64,000 nt of DNA from Escherichia phage vB_EcoP-ZQ2, in the sequence record NC_070874.1; one strand, given 5' to 3'. Shown here piece by piece: positions 22,625-34,070 of this stretch (position 1 is its first letter; each line of letters begins with the position of its first letter). The position numbers were made by a program, and so were the translations under genes. The notes beneath the pieces are model-generated. The model worked only from the letters and a program-made list of their open reading frames with translations, made no database searches and was not told where the DNA came from.

Positions 22625-25600
22625 TTGAACAGGAATCATGCTATGTCAACATTTGACCGTCTGGCAGGTTTCGCAGACAGCATCACTACTGCTAAGCAAG
22701 TCGATGTCTCTACTGCAACCTCTCGGAAACAAGCTGAACAAGGGCAAAACCCTTTCCAATTAACCCCACAGAACGCCTACCAGTTACAGGCAGGTCGTGC
22801 CGGTGATTTAGGTGCTGGTGCATTTGACCCAGGTTCTATTCAGGCAGATTTTACTAATGCCTCTCCTCTTGAAATCATAAACAAGTATGGCAATGAGCAA
22901 GGAATGGACATTCTTAATGCTCGTGTCAATGCAGCTAATGCTGTTCGTCGTGATTTAACTAAGAGTCGTACATATGGTGAAGCACTTGGTGATACCCTTT
23001 CTGGTGTTGGTCTTGGTGTTGCTAATACCCTTGGGGGCATTGCTGCTCTTGGCACAGGCTTGGTCAATGATAATGCCGGGGCATCCATTGCTTCCGGTCT
23101 TGACTGGTTGAACAAAGGTGTACACAACCTACAGTCTGATGCACTGAATGCTCGTCGTAATGTAGTACAGAACCAGAACGTAATATCTGCACAGGAAAAC
23201 GAAAAACAATATAAGCAGGATATTGATAAAGGAGAAAGTGAACTCGTTGCTTCCTTGTCTCGTATTGGTCGGGATGCTTACGATTCAGTTGCTAATACTT
23301 TGTCCAATGGCATGGCTGCTACAGATGGTATTGCTGAAGGTGTTGGTTCACTGTTTACTGGTGGTCCACTTATCCGTGGTGTATCTGCACTTGGTAAAGT
23401 AATGGTAGGTGGGGATAAAGCTGTTAAGGGTATTACCTTAGCTGCTGAATTAGGTTATCGTCCTGCACGTATTGCACAGACTGCTGGTCGTGTTGCTGCA
23501 CCTGCTATAGCAATTGGTGGTATGGAAGCTGGTGGTGCATACCAACAGACTGCTAATGAAATTATGGAAATGCCATTCAGTGAACTGGCTGCTAAATCTC
23601 CTGTATACCAACAACATATTAAAGATGGTTTAACTCCTGAAGAAGCACGACGTCAGACTGCATCTGAAACAGGTATCACTGCTGCTGGCTTAACCGCCCC
23701 AGTTGCTGCTCTCACTGGTCCACTGGTATCCAAGTTTGAACTTAACCCACTTAAGGTAGGTTCACTGGCTGGTGCTGGTTCTAACATGCTACGTGAGACT
23801 GTGGAGGAAGGTATTCAATCCGGTTTCGGTCAATTCGCACAGAACAAAGCAATTCAGGGTAACGTGGATGCTAATCGTGATTTGCTTAAAGGTGTAGGTG
23901 AACAAACTGGTCTAGGTGCATTGTATGGCTTTGGTTCTGCTGGGGTTGCTCAAGCTCCTGGTGTAACTGCTAAGACTGCCGTTGCTGCCGTTGGTCCTGC
24001 TGTACGTACTACCCTGGCTGGTGCTTCTCTGGCTGGTAAGGCACTAGCAAAAGTAGCTTCTCCTATTACTAACATTCTGGTTCAGCGTGGAGAAGAAGTT
24101 GCTAAGCGAAATGAGCAAGCATCTCCTGTATCAGACGTTACGGTTAATGCTGCTGCACAAGAAGCTACTGCTCAGGCAGAACAGGCTCAAGCAACTGTTC
24201 AGGAAGCAGTAGATGCAATGGACATTTCTCCAGAAGAGAAAGCTGCTGCTACTCAGTATGCTGCTGACTTAACTCAGGCAATGAAGTTTGACCCAGTAGA
24301 ACTGGAACAAGCTAGTCCAGCAATCCGTGAAGCTGTTTCTGGTTCCACTAACCGTGTTGAAGCTATTCAGAAGATGGCTGACCTGGTTAATACTGCCGAA
24401 GATCCTAACGTTCAAATGGAAGCTGCAATCCAGATGTATGACAACATCATGTCTATGGATAGCTTCATTAACCGTGACCCAGGTGCATTAGCTAATCTGG
24501 AACAGGGTTCTCCTGCTGCTAATATTGTTGACCAGTTCTCCGGTCTGATGGCTAACGTTCAGAATACACCGAAGGTACTTCGTGCATTCCGTGCCATCCA
24601 TTCCATGATTCAGGAACAGGCAGAAGCAGGTAAACTGAAGGCTACTGAAGAAGCTAACCAAGCCCAAGCAAACAACATTGCTATGGCTGCTGATATGTCT
24701 CCAGAAGTACTGGATGCTGATTCAGTGAACATGGTTCTGAAACACGCAAGTGAAGGTAAGATTACGCTGGGGAATCGTCAGCGTGCTGCCCTGCAATCTG
24801 CTGCTGCTCTATTGCAAGGAGCACGAGAATTTGATGCTAAAGCAGAAGAGCTAGGCTTACGTCCTCAAGACATTGTTAGTAAACAAATTAAAACCGACGA
24901 ATCTCGTTCTAATGAAGGCCAGTACTCTGCGTTGCAACATGCTAAACGCATTCGTTCTGCGTATAACTCTGGTAACTTCGATTTGGCTTCCGCTTATCTC
25001 GATGACTTTATGAAGTTCGCCCAGCACATGCAGAATAAGGTCGGAGCGTTGAATGAGCATTTGATTTCTGGGAATGCGGATAAGAATAAGTCTGTCCATT
25101 ATCAGGCTCTTACTCCCTCCCGTGAATGGGTACGTAGTCGTACTGGCCTCGGTGTTAATCCGTATGATACCAAGTCTGTTAAGTTTGCCCAGCAAGTAGG
25201 ACTGGAAGCCAAGACCGTAGCTGATATTGCTAACGCACTTGCTACGGCTTACCCGGAGCTTAATGTTTCTCATGTGAAAGTTACCTCATTGGATTCACGT
25301 CTGGACAAGCCTGCTGCCCAGGTAGTTAAAGAGTTCCGTCAGGGCAATCTTGACGCTGCTCAATCCCAACAGACTAATGAACCAGTGAATCAGGTTGATG
25401 AAACTCCTGTTACAAAACAGGAACCAGTTACCCCTACTGTACAGACTAAACCCTCTGTTAGTGAAGCTGTTAAAACAGAACCCACTATTAAAGAGTCTAA
25501 ACCACAGTCTGTAAAAGAACCTGAGAACCAGTCTGAAAAACAGGATACCGTTGATCAGTCTACTGAATCTGAAAGGGATGCTTATGTAAAAGAGAATACT

Positions 25601-28600
25601 ATTTCTCAAGATACTCTTAATAAGTATGGCGACCGTAAAGAGAGTCCATGGCTCTTTGCTGATGGTACTGTTGTTGGTTCTAATGGTGACCACATTAGCT
25701 TGTCCGATGTATTTGGACATGATGGTTATCGTGATATGTCACTAGATACAGGTGCTATTCGCTCTACCTTCTACAAAGGAAGCGAGCAACCATTTGTATC
25801 ATTGCAACTGTTTGATAATCAGAAACTGACTACTGAACAGTTCAATACTGTTCAATCATTCGTAGAAGCAAACAATGCACTGATTCAGATTGGTGTAGAT
25901 ACATCTGGGCTTAATACCAATAACGTTGAGAAAGAAGAAGTATCACTGGCTCAATTGAAAGCAGACTATACCGTTGGTGGTAAACCTCTATCTCAAATGG
26001 AAACAGTGTTCCCTGTCTATAACAATGAAAAGACACCGAACCAGTTCCTTAAAGCATTCTCTCTACCGGAAGAACCTAAGTCCCGTACCATTGGTTCTGA
26101 ATCTCCTTTGACTGATGTTAAGAAAGCACTGTCTTCTGTTGCTCGCTTTGAATCATTCACTCAAAAAGAAAATAACGCTCTCACAAGTGATGTGATTAAG
26201 CGTTACCAGGACTTATTTGATTTTGGTGAAACTCTGAAGACTACTCTGTCTGACCGTCTGGCTAAGTTCCTTGCTAACAAGAATGTTGGTAAACGTTTTG
26301 CAGAAGGTACTGAGGCTAACCGTTGGGTAGGTGGTAAATTACTTAACATCGTAGAGAAAGACGGAGATACCTTTAAGTTCAATGACCAGTTGTTAGAGAC
26401 TGCTGTACTTGCTGGTCTGCAATGGCGACTGACTGCTACACAGAATGCTGCCATTAAAGACATGCAGGATGTGGCTGCAATTACTGGTGTAAATGCTTCC
26501 TTGTTACCAGAAGGTATCCTTGCAGAGTTTGAGAATGCTCAAACCTTAGTAGAAGCTACTAACTCACTGGCTCAAAAGATTGAATCTTATTGGGGTCTTA
26601 ACCGCAATGCTGATGCACCTCTGGGCTATACCAAAGGTATCCCGATGGCAATGGCTACAGAGATTCTGTCTTCCCTTATTGAGATGGGTGAAGTTAAAGA
26701 GTCCATGTTGGATGTGTCTGAAATTGACTCAGAATCTAATAAGACCATTGGCCTGTATACCATTGAGAAGCTGGATGATACCGACGCCATTAACAAATTC
26801 CCTACTGCTATTGAGGAAGCTGTCCTCATAGAACCAGAAGAGAAACTGTACCTGGGTGATGACATTCCTTCCGTGGCTCCTACTCAGTTACGTAACCCAG
26901 CTGTTCGTAATACCCCAGAACAGAAAGCTGCTCTTAAAGCAGAACAGGCTACAGAGTTCTTTGTACATACCCCAATGGTTCAGTTCTATGAGGCGTTAGG
27001 TAAAGACCGTATCCTCGAACTGATGGGTGCTGGTACTCTGAATAAAGAATTACTTAACGAGAACCACGCTAAATCGCTGGAAGGTAAGAACCGTTCAGTA
27101 GAAGACTCTTATAACCAATTGTTCTCTGTTATTGAACAGGTAAGAGCACAGAGTGAAGACATCTCTTCTGTGCCTATTCATTATGCATACAATATGACCC
27201 GTGTCGGTCGTATGCAGATGTTAGGTAAATATACCCCCCAATCAGCTAAGCTGGTTCGTGAGGCTATCTTACCTACCAAAGCTACCCTGGATTTATCGAA
27301 CCAGAACAACGAGGACTTCTCGGGCTTCCAGCTTGGACTGGCTCAGGCATTGGGTATCAAAGTTCATAAAATGACTCGTGAAACTATGTCAGAAGAACTT
27401 ACCAAAGCTCTGGAAGGTAAGCTGAAACCTGCTGTAGATATGATGGTTGAGTTTGATAAGTCTGGATACTTACCTACTGATGCAGTGGATATCTTGAGAA
27501 CATCTCTGGGTAATGATAAGTCCTTTGTAGCTCTCATGGCTCTTATGGAGTATGCCCGTTACCTTAACAGTGATGACCGTGCCAACTTTAATACTCCTCT
27601 GTACGTTGAAGCTGATGGTGTAACCAACGGACCAATCAACGCAATGGTATTAATGACAGGTGGTAAGTTCACTCCAAACTGGATTAAGAATACTGCCAAA
27701 GGTGGTTTGTTCTTCGGTAAAGCCGGTAAGACTATGAATGAGCATCATACTCAGGATGATAGTGTTGACCTGTATGAAGCATCTACCAATAGTCTGCAAT
27801 TCCATCTGAATGAATTACGTAATACTTATAGTAAGAATATTCCTGTTATAAACCAGATGGACCATCTCCAGAAGTTAATGGACCTGTTCATCAAAGACTT
27901 CAATCTTAATGAAGATGGTACTCTGGACCTGAAACGTGGTATCGCTAAAAACCCACTAACCATTACTATCTATGGTTCTGGTGCTCGTGGTATTGCAGGC
28001 AAAATGGTAAGTGCAATTACTGATACCATCTACGAGCGTCTAAGCGACGTTCTGAAAGCCCGTGCTGCTGACCCTAACATTTCCCCAGCTATGGCGATGT
28101 TTGGTAAGGAGGCTGCGTCTGAAGCCGATGCTCAGGCTAAGCTGGATACTTTCCTTACTTCTATGAAAGAACTGACTGGCAAGATTCCAGCCAAACGTAA
28201 AGGTAGGTTATTTATTAAGGAAGTAGAAGGTGCTCTGACTGGCAAGTTAAATCCTCAGAAGTTTACCGTATCAGGGGATGCTCTGAAGAACTTACAAGAG
28301 AATATGCTGCACTTCTTTGTTGAGCCAATGAGACAAGGTATTCGGTTTACTGTTGGTGAAGGATTAATGCACTCTACTGAGAACTTGCAGAAGGCTACCC
28401 AGATTCAATCTCTGGTATTGCAGGATATGTTCCAGCAAGCAGTACAGGCTAAGCTGGCAGAAAAAGAAAAAGACCCAACATGGAAGAAAGGTGATTTCTT
28501 AACACAGAAAGAACTGAATGAAATTCAGAATAGCTTAGCTCCTCTGGCTCCAATGATTAAAACTGGTTCGCAGACTTTCTACATTGCTGGTAGTGAGAAT

Positions 28601-31600
28601 ACTGATGTTGCTAACCAAGTATTGGCTACTAACTTAGATGACCGTATGCGTGTACCAATGAGCATCTATGCTCCTTCGCAAGCAGGTGTTGCAGGTATTC
28701 CATTTATGACCATCGGTACTGGTGATGGCATGATGATGCAGACTCTTTCTACTATGAAAGGTGCTCCGAAGAATACCCTGAAAATCTTTGATGGTATGAA
28801 CATTGGTATTAATGACATTACTGATGCAAGCCGTAAAGCTAATGAGGCTGTATATACTTCCTGGCAGGGTAACCCTATCAAGAATGTATATGAGTCTTTC
28901 TCTAAGTTTGTTAAGAATGTTGATTTAAATAAGCTGTCCGATTCAGCAATAGATGCTATTGCAAAGTCTGCTTTAGACTTTGAGCAGCGTGCTCATATTG
29001 CCAGGGTAGATGGTGATAGAGATTATAAAATTTCTATGATTAGAGATTCTGGTATTGCATTAATTGAGCGTAACCTACGTAACATTGCTTTGGGTGTAGA
29101 TATTCGTCACAAGGTAATGGACCAGGTACAAGTCACTGTTGACCAGATGGCTGCTGTAGGTGCTCCTTATGTGAACAACGGTAAAATCTCTCTGGAAGGT
29201 CTGACTATAGACCAGCAAGTAGCCAAGCTGAACGAACTGTTTGATGCTGAATTAAACAAGCGTCGTGATGCAGTACGTGCTGCTAAAGCGGAACCAACGA
29301 AGGCAGAACCAGTGAAGGAAGTGCCGGTGAAAGTTGTACCAGCTATGGAGAAGGTAGGTCGTGTACTGAAGTCTGGTGTACGTCTGCTGTCTAATACTGC
29401 TATCACTAAGCTGGCTAAAGAAATGACCCCTGATCAGCAAGCAGTATTGAAAGAAATACAGAAATCCCTTGCTGCTAAAGACTATAAGGTTGTTTACGGT
29501 ACACCTTCTCAACTGGATGCTTATGCCATTGAGAAGAATATTACTCGCCCAGCACCGGAAGATATTGAAGCTGCTGAAGCTGGTAATGCATACGGCTGGA
29601 CTAACTTTGAAGATAAGACCATCTACTTAGTTACCCCTTCCTTAGAGACTCTGGTTCATGAATTAGTACATGCCTCTACTTTTGAATCTGTGCTGGCTCA
29701 CTACGAGGGTACTCCTAATGAAGCAGTCCAGAATATTGAAGACTTGATGAACCAGTTCCTTACTCTGGATGTTAAGGATGAATCTCCGGCAGTACGTGAA
29801 GCGTATGCCGATGCACTGAATACCATTAATGGTCACCTGTCTAATGGCTTCATTGAACCAGCAATGGCTAAAGCTGCTGCTCTGAATGAGTACATGGCTT
29901 GGGGTTTAACCAACCGTGAACTTATTAGTAAGCAGAAGAAAACCACTGCACTTAAAACTATGGTTCAGGCTGTATATGAAGCAATCAAACGTCTGGTATT
30001 TGGGCGTAAGAAAGCTCCAGCTAATGCAGATGATATGTTCTCAGGCTTACTGTTTAACTCTGCTGTAGTAATGCGTGGGCAGGCTCCTACTGCTGCTGTA
30101 GCTAAAGACACTACTCTGTTCCATAACAAAGCATACGGTAACAATACTCGTCTGGAAGAGTTAGGTAAGACCTTCGATAAACTAATTACTGACTACATTG
30201 GTTCAGAACCAGTACAGCAAGTAATTCGTAAAGGTAAGTTCTCTGATGCAGTAGTGAATGCAACTAAAGTAACTCGTGATGTTCAGGCTCATGGCTTCAC
30301 CATGAATATGCAGGAACAGCGTCTATTTACTAACATTGTTGCTGCACTTGCTACTGAGGCTGCTATTAACCCAGCAGCCATGGCTCGTGCACAGGAATAC
30401 TACACGCATGTTACTAAGAACTTGACCGTTGAAGCGTTCATGGCTGACCCAGATAGTACTAACCCTGCTGACCGTTACTATGCACAACAGAAGTTCGACA
30501 CCATCATGGGTGCTAACAACATTGAGTTTGATGCACAAGGTCGTTCTTCCTTACTGCCTACCTTTGTTGGTCTGGCAATGGTAAGTGAAGAGGTACGTAA
30601 GGTACTGGCTGATATTCCTGTTATGAAAGCAGATAAGAAATCAGGTAATACTGTTGACGCAATGCTGACTAACATCGGTACTGCTGCAATGGTTAGTCTG
30701 AATGCTCGTGTAGCAGGTGATACTAAAGCCACTAACGTGCGGGAAGGTATGGATGCACTGGCTCAGACAATTATGGAGACTAGCCTTAATGCACAATCTT
30801 TCTATGATTCCGTTGCTACCCCTACTGGTAATGCTATCGACCGTGCTAACCAATATCTGGTGGATTCTATTGATGTACTGTCTACTCGTACTTTGGAAGG
30901 TGCTCGTGAAGTTGCAGCTAATACCAAGAACCCACTAGTTAAAGGTGCTGCTCATGCTGCACAATTGGTAGCTGCTATTGCTACAGAGAAAAATGGTGCA
31001 ATTGTAGCTGAGGGTGTTATGGCTGCAATGAACCAGGGTAAAGTATGGCAACCGTTCCATGACCTGGTTAATGACATAATCGGTCGTACTAAGAGCAATG
31101 CTTCTGTATACGATTTGATTAAAGCAGTACGTGCACAGGTGCAAGCTGACCGTCAACAGTTCCGTGAGCATTTGCCTACCACTATCGCATCTAAGTTCAG
31201 CCGTAAGCTGACTAATGATGAGTGGAAAGCAATGCATACCGGTATGGGTAAAACTGACTTAGCTGTTCTTCGTGACACTATGTCTCTGGCTGAAATCCGT
31301 GACCTGTTGACTGACCAGAAGATTGTTGACCGTGAGGTTAATAAACTGGAAGCAGATTTGCAGAAGCAAGCCGGACGTAACTGGCCTCTGATTAGTCGTA
31401 AGTCTAAGCAACTGGCTCAGTACATGATTAATGGTACAGTCGGTAATAACCTGCTGCGTAATGCTACTGCAATTTCTCGTTTACTGGGTGAACGTAAGAC
31501 TACACGTTCTGTTGTAGATGTAGCACAACTGGATAAATTGATTACCCTGTATGCACTGGAAGCAATGAATAAGACTGACCGTGAGATGTTATCTTCACTG

Positions 31601-33460
31601 GCTCAGACAGAAATTGAAGGCATGGACTTTGCTATTTCTTACCTGGTTGGTCAGCGTAAAGATGAAATGGCTAAAGCTAAATCTGATAGCCGTGCAACCT
31701 TGAACCAGTACAAAGGGTATATTCCCGGTGAGACTAAACAGGGTGTTAATCTGATTGTTGCTGAAGATAATCAGTTTGCTGATTTGATTGAGAAATCCTA
31801 TGTACGTCTGGGTACTTATCAGGGTAGCTCTGCTAACCGTGGTCCAGCACGTAGCTACTACTTTGCACCAGTACAGGCACAGGCTCCATTCTCACAGGGT
31901 ATTCTACAGAACGTTCGTAATACTGCTGGTGGTGTAGACCTTGGTACAGGCTTTACGATGGGGACCATGGTAGCTGGTCGTATCACTGACAAACCTTCCG
32001 TAGACCGTATCACTAAAGCACTGGCTCGTGGTGAACGTGGTAATGAACCACTGCTGCCTGTATATGATACCAATGGTAATGTGGTTGCTTATGAGCAATC
32101 CATTGACCCAAGCATGCTGAAGCACATCGAGGGTGAGAACCATCTTGCTCGTGCAATCGGTGTATGGCGAGGTCGTCAGGTAGAAGAGGCTAAGGCTCAG
32201 CGTTTCAACGATATGCTGATTGAGAACCTGCATAGCATGTATGAGAACGACATTAAAATGTCTGCTTCTAATAAGTCCCAGTACGTTAACCTTCTTGGTT
32301 CTAAACTGGACCCAGTAACTGCTGATGCACTTAAGCTGATGAACAGTGAAACTCGTCAGAAAGCAGAAAGTCTGTTTGGCCCGGGTGAGCTATGGGTACG
32401 TCGTGACATGCTGAATGATGCACTAGGTTATCGTGCAGCTTCTGTTGGTGATGCCTGGTCTGGTAATTCTCGTTGGTCCCCAGAAACACTGGATACCTTC
32501 AAGAAAGCTATGCTGGGTGTCTTCGGTAACCGAGCCTATAAATATGTAATGGGTGGTGAGAACCTGGTTCAAAACTTAGTTAAAGAAGCTAAGACTCTAA
32601 TTGTAGTTAAGTCAGTAGTTGTACCTGCTGTTAACTTCCTGGCTAACCTTTACCAGATGGTTGCTCGTGGTGTACCTGTTAAGAACATTGCTAAGAGCAT
32701 TCCACAGAAGACTGCTGAGATTAATCAGTACCTGAAATCTCGCCTGCGTCAGGTAGATGCAGAAGCAGAATTACGTGCAGCTACTAACCCGAACCAGATT
32801 CGTAAACTTAAGGCTGAGATTCAATCAATCACTGATAGCCATAAACGTTTGAGTATCTGGCCTCTGTTAGAAGCTGGTGAGTTCTCTTCAATTGCAGATG
32901 CTGGTATTGGACGTGATGACATCCTGATTACTGAAGGTAAGATTCACGAATACATGGATAAGCTGGCTGATAAGCTGCCTAAGTCTGTACGTAACGCAGG
33001 TCGTTATGCACTTATCACTAAGGATACTGCTCTGTTCCAGGGTATCCAGAAGACGGTTGAGTACTCTGACTTTATCGCTAAAGCAATCATCTATGATGAA
33101 CTGACTCAGCGTAAAGGTAAGACTCGCGAAGAAGCACTGGGACGTGTAACAGAAGAGTTCATTAACTATGACCGTCTGCCAGGTCGCTTCCGTGGGTATA
33201 TGGAAAGTGTTGGTCTTATGTGGTTCTATAACTTTAAGATTCGTTCTGCAAAAGTTGCAGTATCCATGATTCGTAACAACCCAGTACATGCTGCTATGGC
33301 TATGTTGGCCCCAACCCCTACCATGTTTGGTAATGTTGGTCTGCCTATTAAGGACAACATCTTTAGTATTGCTGCACAGGGCAACCTCGGTTACTCCTTC
33401 GGATTCGGTATGGGCTTACGTGCCCATACCCTGAACCCGTGGCTCAACCTTACTAACTAA
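22625..33460 (+). CDS. virion-encapsidated giant RNA polymerase (N4 vRNAP-like)
   Basis: single 3611-aa ORF; central region with T7-like RNAP-type motifs (IYGSGARGI, FDGMNIG); position next to internal virion protein genes. Confidence 0.8.
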   Translation: MNRNHAMSTFDRLAGFADSITTAKQVDVSTATSRKQAEQGQNPFQLTPQNAYQLQAGRAGDLGAGAFDPGSIQADFTNASPLEIINKYGNEQGMDILNARVNAANAVRRDLTKSRTYGEALGDTLSGVGLGVANTLGGIAALGTGLVNDNAGASIASGLDWLNKGVHNLQSDALNARRNVVQNQNVISAQENEKQYKQDIDKGESELVASLSRIGRDAYDSVANTLSNGMAATDGIAEGVGSLFTGGPLIRGVSALGKVMVGGDKAVKGITLAAELGYRPARIAQTAGRVAAPAIAIGGMEAGGAYQQTANEIMEMPFSELAAKSPVYQQHIKDGLTPEEARRQTASETGITAAGLTAPVAALTGPLVSKFELNPLKVGSLAGAGSNMLRETVEEGIQSGFGQFAQNKAIQGNVDANRDLLKGVGEQTGLGALYGFGSAGVAQAPGVTAKTAVAAVGPAVRTTLAGASLAGKALAKVASPITNILVQRGEEVAKRNEQASPVSDVTVNAAAQEATAQAEQAQATVQEAVDAMDISPEEKAAATQYAADLTQAMKFDPVELEQASPAIREAVSGSTNRVEAIQKMADLVNTAEDPNVQMEAAIQMYDNIMSMDSFINRDPGALANLEQGSPAANIVDQFSGLMANVQNTPKVLRAFRAIHSMIQEQAEAGKLKATEEANQAQANNIAMAADMSPEVLDADSVNMVLKHASEGKITLGNRQRAALQSAAALLQGAREFDAKAEELGLRPQDIVSKQIKTDESRSNEGQYSALQHAKRIRSAYNSGNFDLASAYLDDFMKFAQHMQNKVGALNEHLISGNADKNKSVHYQALTPSREWVRSRTGLGVNPYDTKSVKFAQQVGLEAKTVADIANALATAYPELNVSHVKVTSLDSRLDKPAAQVVKEFRQGNLDAAQSQQTNEPVNQVDETPVTKQEPVTPTVQTKPSVSEAVKTEPTIKESKPQSVKEPENQSEKQDTVDQSTESERDAYVKENTISQDTLNKYGDRKESPWLFADGTVVGSNGDHISLSDVFGHDGYRDMSLDTGAIRSTFYKGSEQPFVSLQLFDNQKLTTEQFNTVQSFVEANNALIQIGVDTSGLNTNNVEKEEVSLAQLKADYTVGGKPLSQMETVFPVYNNEKTPNQFLKAFSLPEEPKSRTIGSESPLTDVKKALSSVARFESFTQKENNALTSDVIKRYQDLFDFGETLKTTLSDRLAKFLANKNVGKRFAEGTEANRWVGGKLLNIVEKDGDTFKFNDQLLETAVLAGLQWRLTATQNAAIKDMQDVAAITGVNASLLPEGILAEFENAQTLVEATNSLAQKIESYWGLNRNADAPLGYTKGIPMAMATEILSSLIEMGEVKESMLDVSEIDSESNKTIGLYTIEKLDDTDAINKFPTAIEEAVLIEPEEKLYLGDDIPSVAPTQLRNPAVRNTPEQKAALKAEQATEFFVHTPMVQFYEALGKDRILELMGAGTLNKELLNENHAKSLEGKNRSVEDSYNQLFSVIEQVRAQSEDISSVPIHYAYNMTRVGRMQMLGKYTPQSAKLVREAILPTKATLDLSNQNNEDFSGFQLGLAQALGIKVHKMTRETMSEELTKALEGKLKPAVDMMVEFDKSGYLPTDAVDILRTSLGNDKSFVALMALMEYARYLNSDDRANFNTPLYVEADGVTNGPINAMVLMTGGKFTPNWIKNTAKGGLFFGKAGKTMNEHHTQDDSVDLYEASTNSLQFHLNELRNTYSKNIPVINQMDHLQKLMDLFIKDFNLNEDGTLDLKRGIAKNPLTITIYGSGARGIAGKMVSAITDTIYERLSDVLKARAADPNISPAMAMFGKEAASEADAQAKLDTFLTSMKELTGKIPAKRKGRLFIKEVEGALTGKLNPQKFTVSGDALKNLQENMLHFFVEPMRQGIRFTVGEGLMHSTENLQKATQIQSLVLQDMFQQAVQAKLAEKEKDPTWKKGDFLTQKELNEIQNSLAPLAPMIKTGSQTFYIAGSENTDVANQVLATNLDDRMRVPMSIYAPSQAGVAGIPFMTIGTGDGMMMQTLSTMKGAPKNTLKIFDGMNIGINDITDASRKANEAVYTSWQGNPIKNVYESFSKFVKNVDLNKLSDSAIDAIAKSALDFEQRAHIARVDGDRDYKISMIRDSGIALIERNLRNIALGVDIRHKVMDQVQVTVDQMAAVGAPYVNNGKISLEGLTIDQQVAKLNELFDAELNKRRDAVRAAKAEPTKAEPVKEVPVKVVPAMEKVGRVLKSGVRLLSNTAITKLAKEMTPDQQAVLKEIQKSLAAKDYKVVYGTPSQLDAYAIEKNITRPAPEDIEAAEAGNAYGWTNFEDKTIYLVTPSLETLVHELVHASTFESVLAHYEGTPNEAVQNIEDLMNQFLTLDVKDESPAVREAYADALNTINGHLSNGFIEPAMAKAAALNEYMAWGLTNRELISKQKKTTALKTMVQAVYEAIKRLVFGRKKAPANADDMFSGLLFNSAVVMRGQAPTAAVAKDTTLFHNKAYGNNTRLEELGKTFDKLITDYIGSEPVQQVIRKGKFSDAVVNATKVTRDVQAHGFTMNMQEQRLFTNIVAALATEAAINPAAMARAQEYYTHVTKNLTVEAFMADPDSTNPADRYYAQQKFDTIMGANNIEFDAQGRSSLLPTFVGLAMVSEEVRKVLADIPVMKADKKSGNTVDAMLTNIGTAAMVSLNARVAGDTKATNVREGMDALAQTIMETSLNAQSFYDSVATPTGNAIDRANQYLVDSIDVLSTRTLEGAREVAANTKNPLVKGAAHAAQLVAAIATEKNGAIVAEGVMAAMNQGKVWQPFHDLVNDIIGRTKSNASVYDLIKAVRAQVQADRQQFREHLPTTIASKFSRKLTNDEWKAMHTGMGKTDLAVLRDTMSLAEIRDLLTDQKIVDREVNKLEADLQKQAGRNWPLISRKSKQLAQYMINGTVGNNLLRNATAISRLLGERKTTRSVVDVAQLDKLITLYALEAMNKTDREMLSSLAQTEIEGMDFAISYLVGQRKDEMAKAKSDSRATLNQYKGYIPGETKQGVNLIVAEDNQFADLIEKSYVRLGTYQGSSANRGPARSYYFAPVQAQAPFSQGILQNVRNTAGGVDLGTGFTMGTMVAGRITDKPSVDRITKALARGERGNEPLLPVYDTNGNVVAYEQSIDPSMLKHIEGENHLARAIGVWRGRQVEEAKAQRFNDMLIENLHSMYENDIKMSASNKSQYVNLLGSKLDPVTADALKLMNSETRQKAESLFGPGELWVRRDMLNDALGYRAASVGDAWSGNSRWSPETLDTFKKAMLGVFGNRAYKYVMGGENLVQNLVKEAKTLIVVKSVVVPAVNFLANLYQMVARGVPVKNIAKSIPQKTAEINQYLKSRLRQVDAEAELRAATNPNQIRKLKAEIQSITDSHKRLSIWPLLEAGEFSSIADAGIGRDDILITEGKIHEYMDKLADKLPKSVRNAGRYALITKDTALFQGIQKTVEYSDFIAKAIIYDELTQRKGKTREEALGRVTEEFINYDRLPGRFRGYMESVGLMWFYNFKIRSAKVAVSMIRNNPVHAAMAMLAPTPTMFGNVGLPIKDNIFSIAAQGNLGYSFGFGMGLRAHTLNPWLNLTN

Positions 33461-33461
33461 A

Positions 33462-33495
33462 TAAAAAAGCCCCTCTAATGAGGGGCTTCTATTTT
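33462..33495. terminator. bidirectional rho-independent terminator at the convergence of late (+) and early/middle (-) transcription
   Basis: AAGCCCCTC-TAAT-GAGGGGCTT 9-bp stem flanked by A-run upstream and T-run downstream. Confidence 0.7.
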
Positions 33496-33856
33496 ACTTC
33501 TTAACTACAAGAGCTTTTCGGTCAGTTTTGATTACATAATCAATCTTGTTGGCATTAAAGTGAATATCTACAAAATTGGCGTCTACCTTTTGGTAAGTAC
33601 CGTTGTTTCTGCGAATACCTAACTTCTTACAGTGAACCATTGCGATTCCTGTATCCGGTATAGCAATCCAGTTGTTATCATCAATTTGTACATCACAACC
33701 AAAGGTTAAACGATGTCTTGCTTTACGATGGACATGTAAACCACCAATACGCTTTGGTATAATCTGACCCTTCCTAAAGAGTTCCAATGTTTGAACTTGA
33801 TGCGCTGCAAATGATTTAGTCATGCGTTCTCCACATCTTGGGCTTACGCCCTTCAC
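33494..33856 (-). CDS. hypothetical protein, possible degenerate HNH-like nuclease
   Basis: 120 aa; His/Asn spacing GGLHVHRKARHRL...DDNNW...VHCKK loosely HNH-like; overlaps upstream ORF by 41 nt. Confidence 0.3.
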   Translation of the reverse strand: MKGVSPRCGERMTKSFAAHQVQTLELFRKGQIIPKRIGGLHVHRKARHRLTFGCDVQIDDNNWIAIPDTGIAMVHCKKLGIRRNNGTYQKVDANFVDIHFNANKIDYVIKTDRKALVVKK

Positions 33857-34049
33857 TTGGAAATTTACCAGTCTCTTTAATCTTCCGTAATGTTTCCTCT
33901 GATGGGAACCACAGGAATGTGAAGTAAAGTTTCTTGGCTACGTAACGAGTTACTCCAAGTTTCTCTACGATTTCATCGAAAGAATATGTACGAACAGTAT
34001 TGTTGAGAATGGCCTCACGAACAACAGAGGTAATAGATACTTGTGTCAT
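33816..34049 (-). CDS. hypothetical protein (may be N-terminal part of a frameshifted gene with 33494..33856)
   Basis: 77-aa ORF. Confidence 0.3.
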   Translation of the reverse strand: MTQVSITSVVREAILNNTVRTYSFDEIVEKLGVTRYVAKKLYFTFLWFPSEETLRKIKETGKFPSEGRKPKMWRTHD

Positions 34050-34070
34050 GCTATTTTCCTATAAATGAGA

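Noticed and set aside
22840-33289. Antisense and alternative-frame ORFs inside the 3611-aa RNA polymerase gene
   Set aside because: Embedded in a continuous 10.8-kb ORF with coherent codon usage
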